64,000 nt of DNA, taken from the NCBI GenBank assembly GCA_050010435.1, contig JBEKKZ010000008.1:5511-69510 (forward strand). The letters are read 5' to 3'. The stretch's first letter is position 1; each line of letters opens with the position of its first letter. Source of the stretch: Verrucomicrobiota bacterium. Lineage in GTDB: Bacteria > Verrucomicrobiota > Verrucomicrobiia > Limisphaerales > UBA11358. Shown here one piece after another: positions 63,999-64,000 of the stretch. The notes beneath the pieces are model-generated. The model worked only from the letters and a program-made list of their open reading frames with translations. It had not been told where the DNA came from and made no database searches. Both the position numbers and the translations under genes were made by a program.

Positions 63999-64000
63999 GT

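Overview
64-kb chromosomal window from a GC-rich bacterium. It looks verrucomicrobial/PVC-like, which I infer from the many PEP-CTERM and prepilin-type genes and the abundant REP-like hairpins; I ran no database search. About 63 protein-coding genes, 2 tRNAs and 1 intact IS are supported.

Core blocks:
- mpg and a flavoprotein (0.3-2.4 kb)
- mreB-mreC-mreD-mrdA-rodA-rng (34.7-42.6 kb)
- hisB
- kdsB-pyrG-(2-gene insert)-folC (49.5-54.1 kb)
- sdhCAB (54.3-57.8 kb)
- uxaE-uxaC (60.3-63.1 kb)

Accessory blocks:
- An ECF sigma factor fused to a polytopic triple-repeat membrane domain (2.5-4.9 kb).
- Two paralogous Cys-rich lipoprotein genes (5.0 and 12.9 kb) that bracket an FG-GAP/ABC operon.
- A 3-gene cassette lying between the two halves of a broken VOC gene (16.3-18.3 kb).
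- An AT-richer run of four small co-oriented ORFs, separated by palindromes ending in GCCTAAC...GTTAGGC (20.2-22.4 kb). I read this as an integron-type cassette array with no integrase in the window.
- A tandem kinase-like protein (23.3-25.1 kb).
- A six-gene PEP-CTERM array with recombination-prone conserved anchor+leader modules (26-32 kb).
- Three pseudopilin genes, each with a sigma54-type promoter and a conserved structured leader. One inter-gene spacer carries an IS5-family element (46-49 kb).

Several families of palindromic REP/MITE-like elements are scattered through the window, including one inserted in frame inside a coding sequence.

Everything was done by eye. Repeat boundaries are approximate, and no GC values, alignment scores or database hits were computed.
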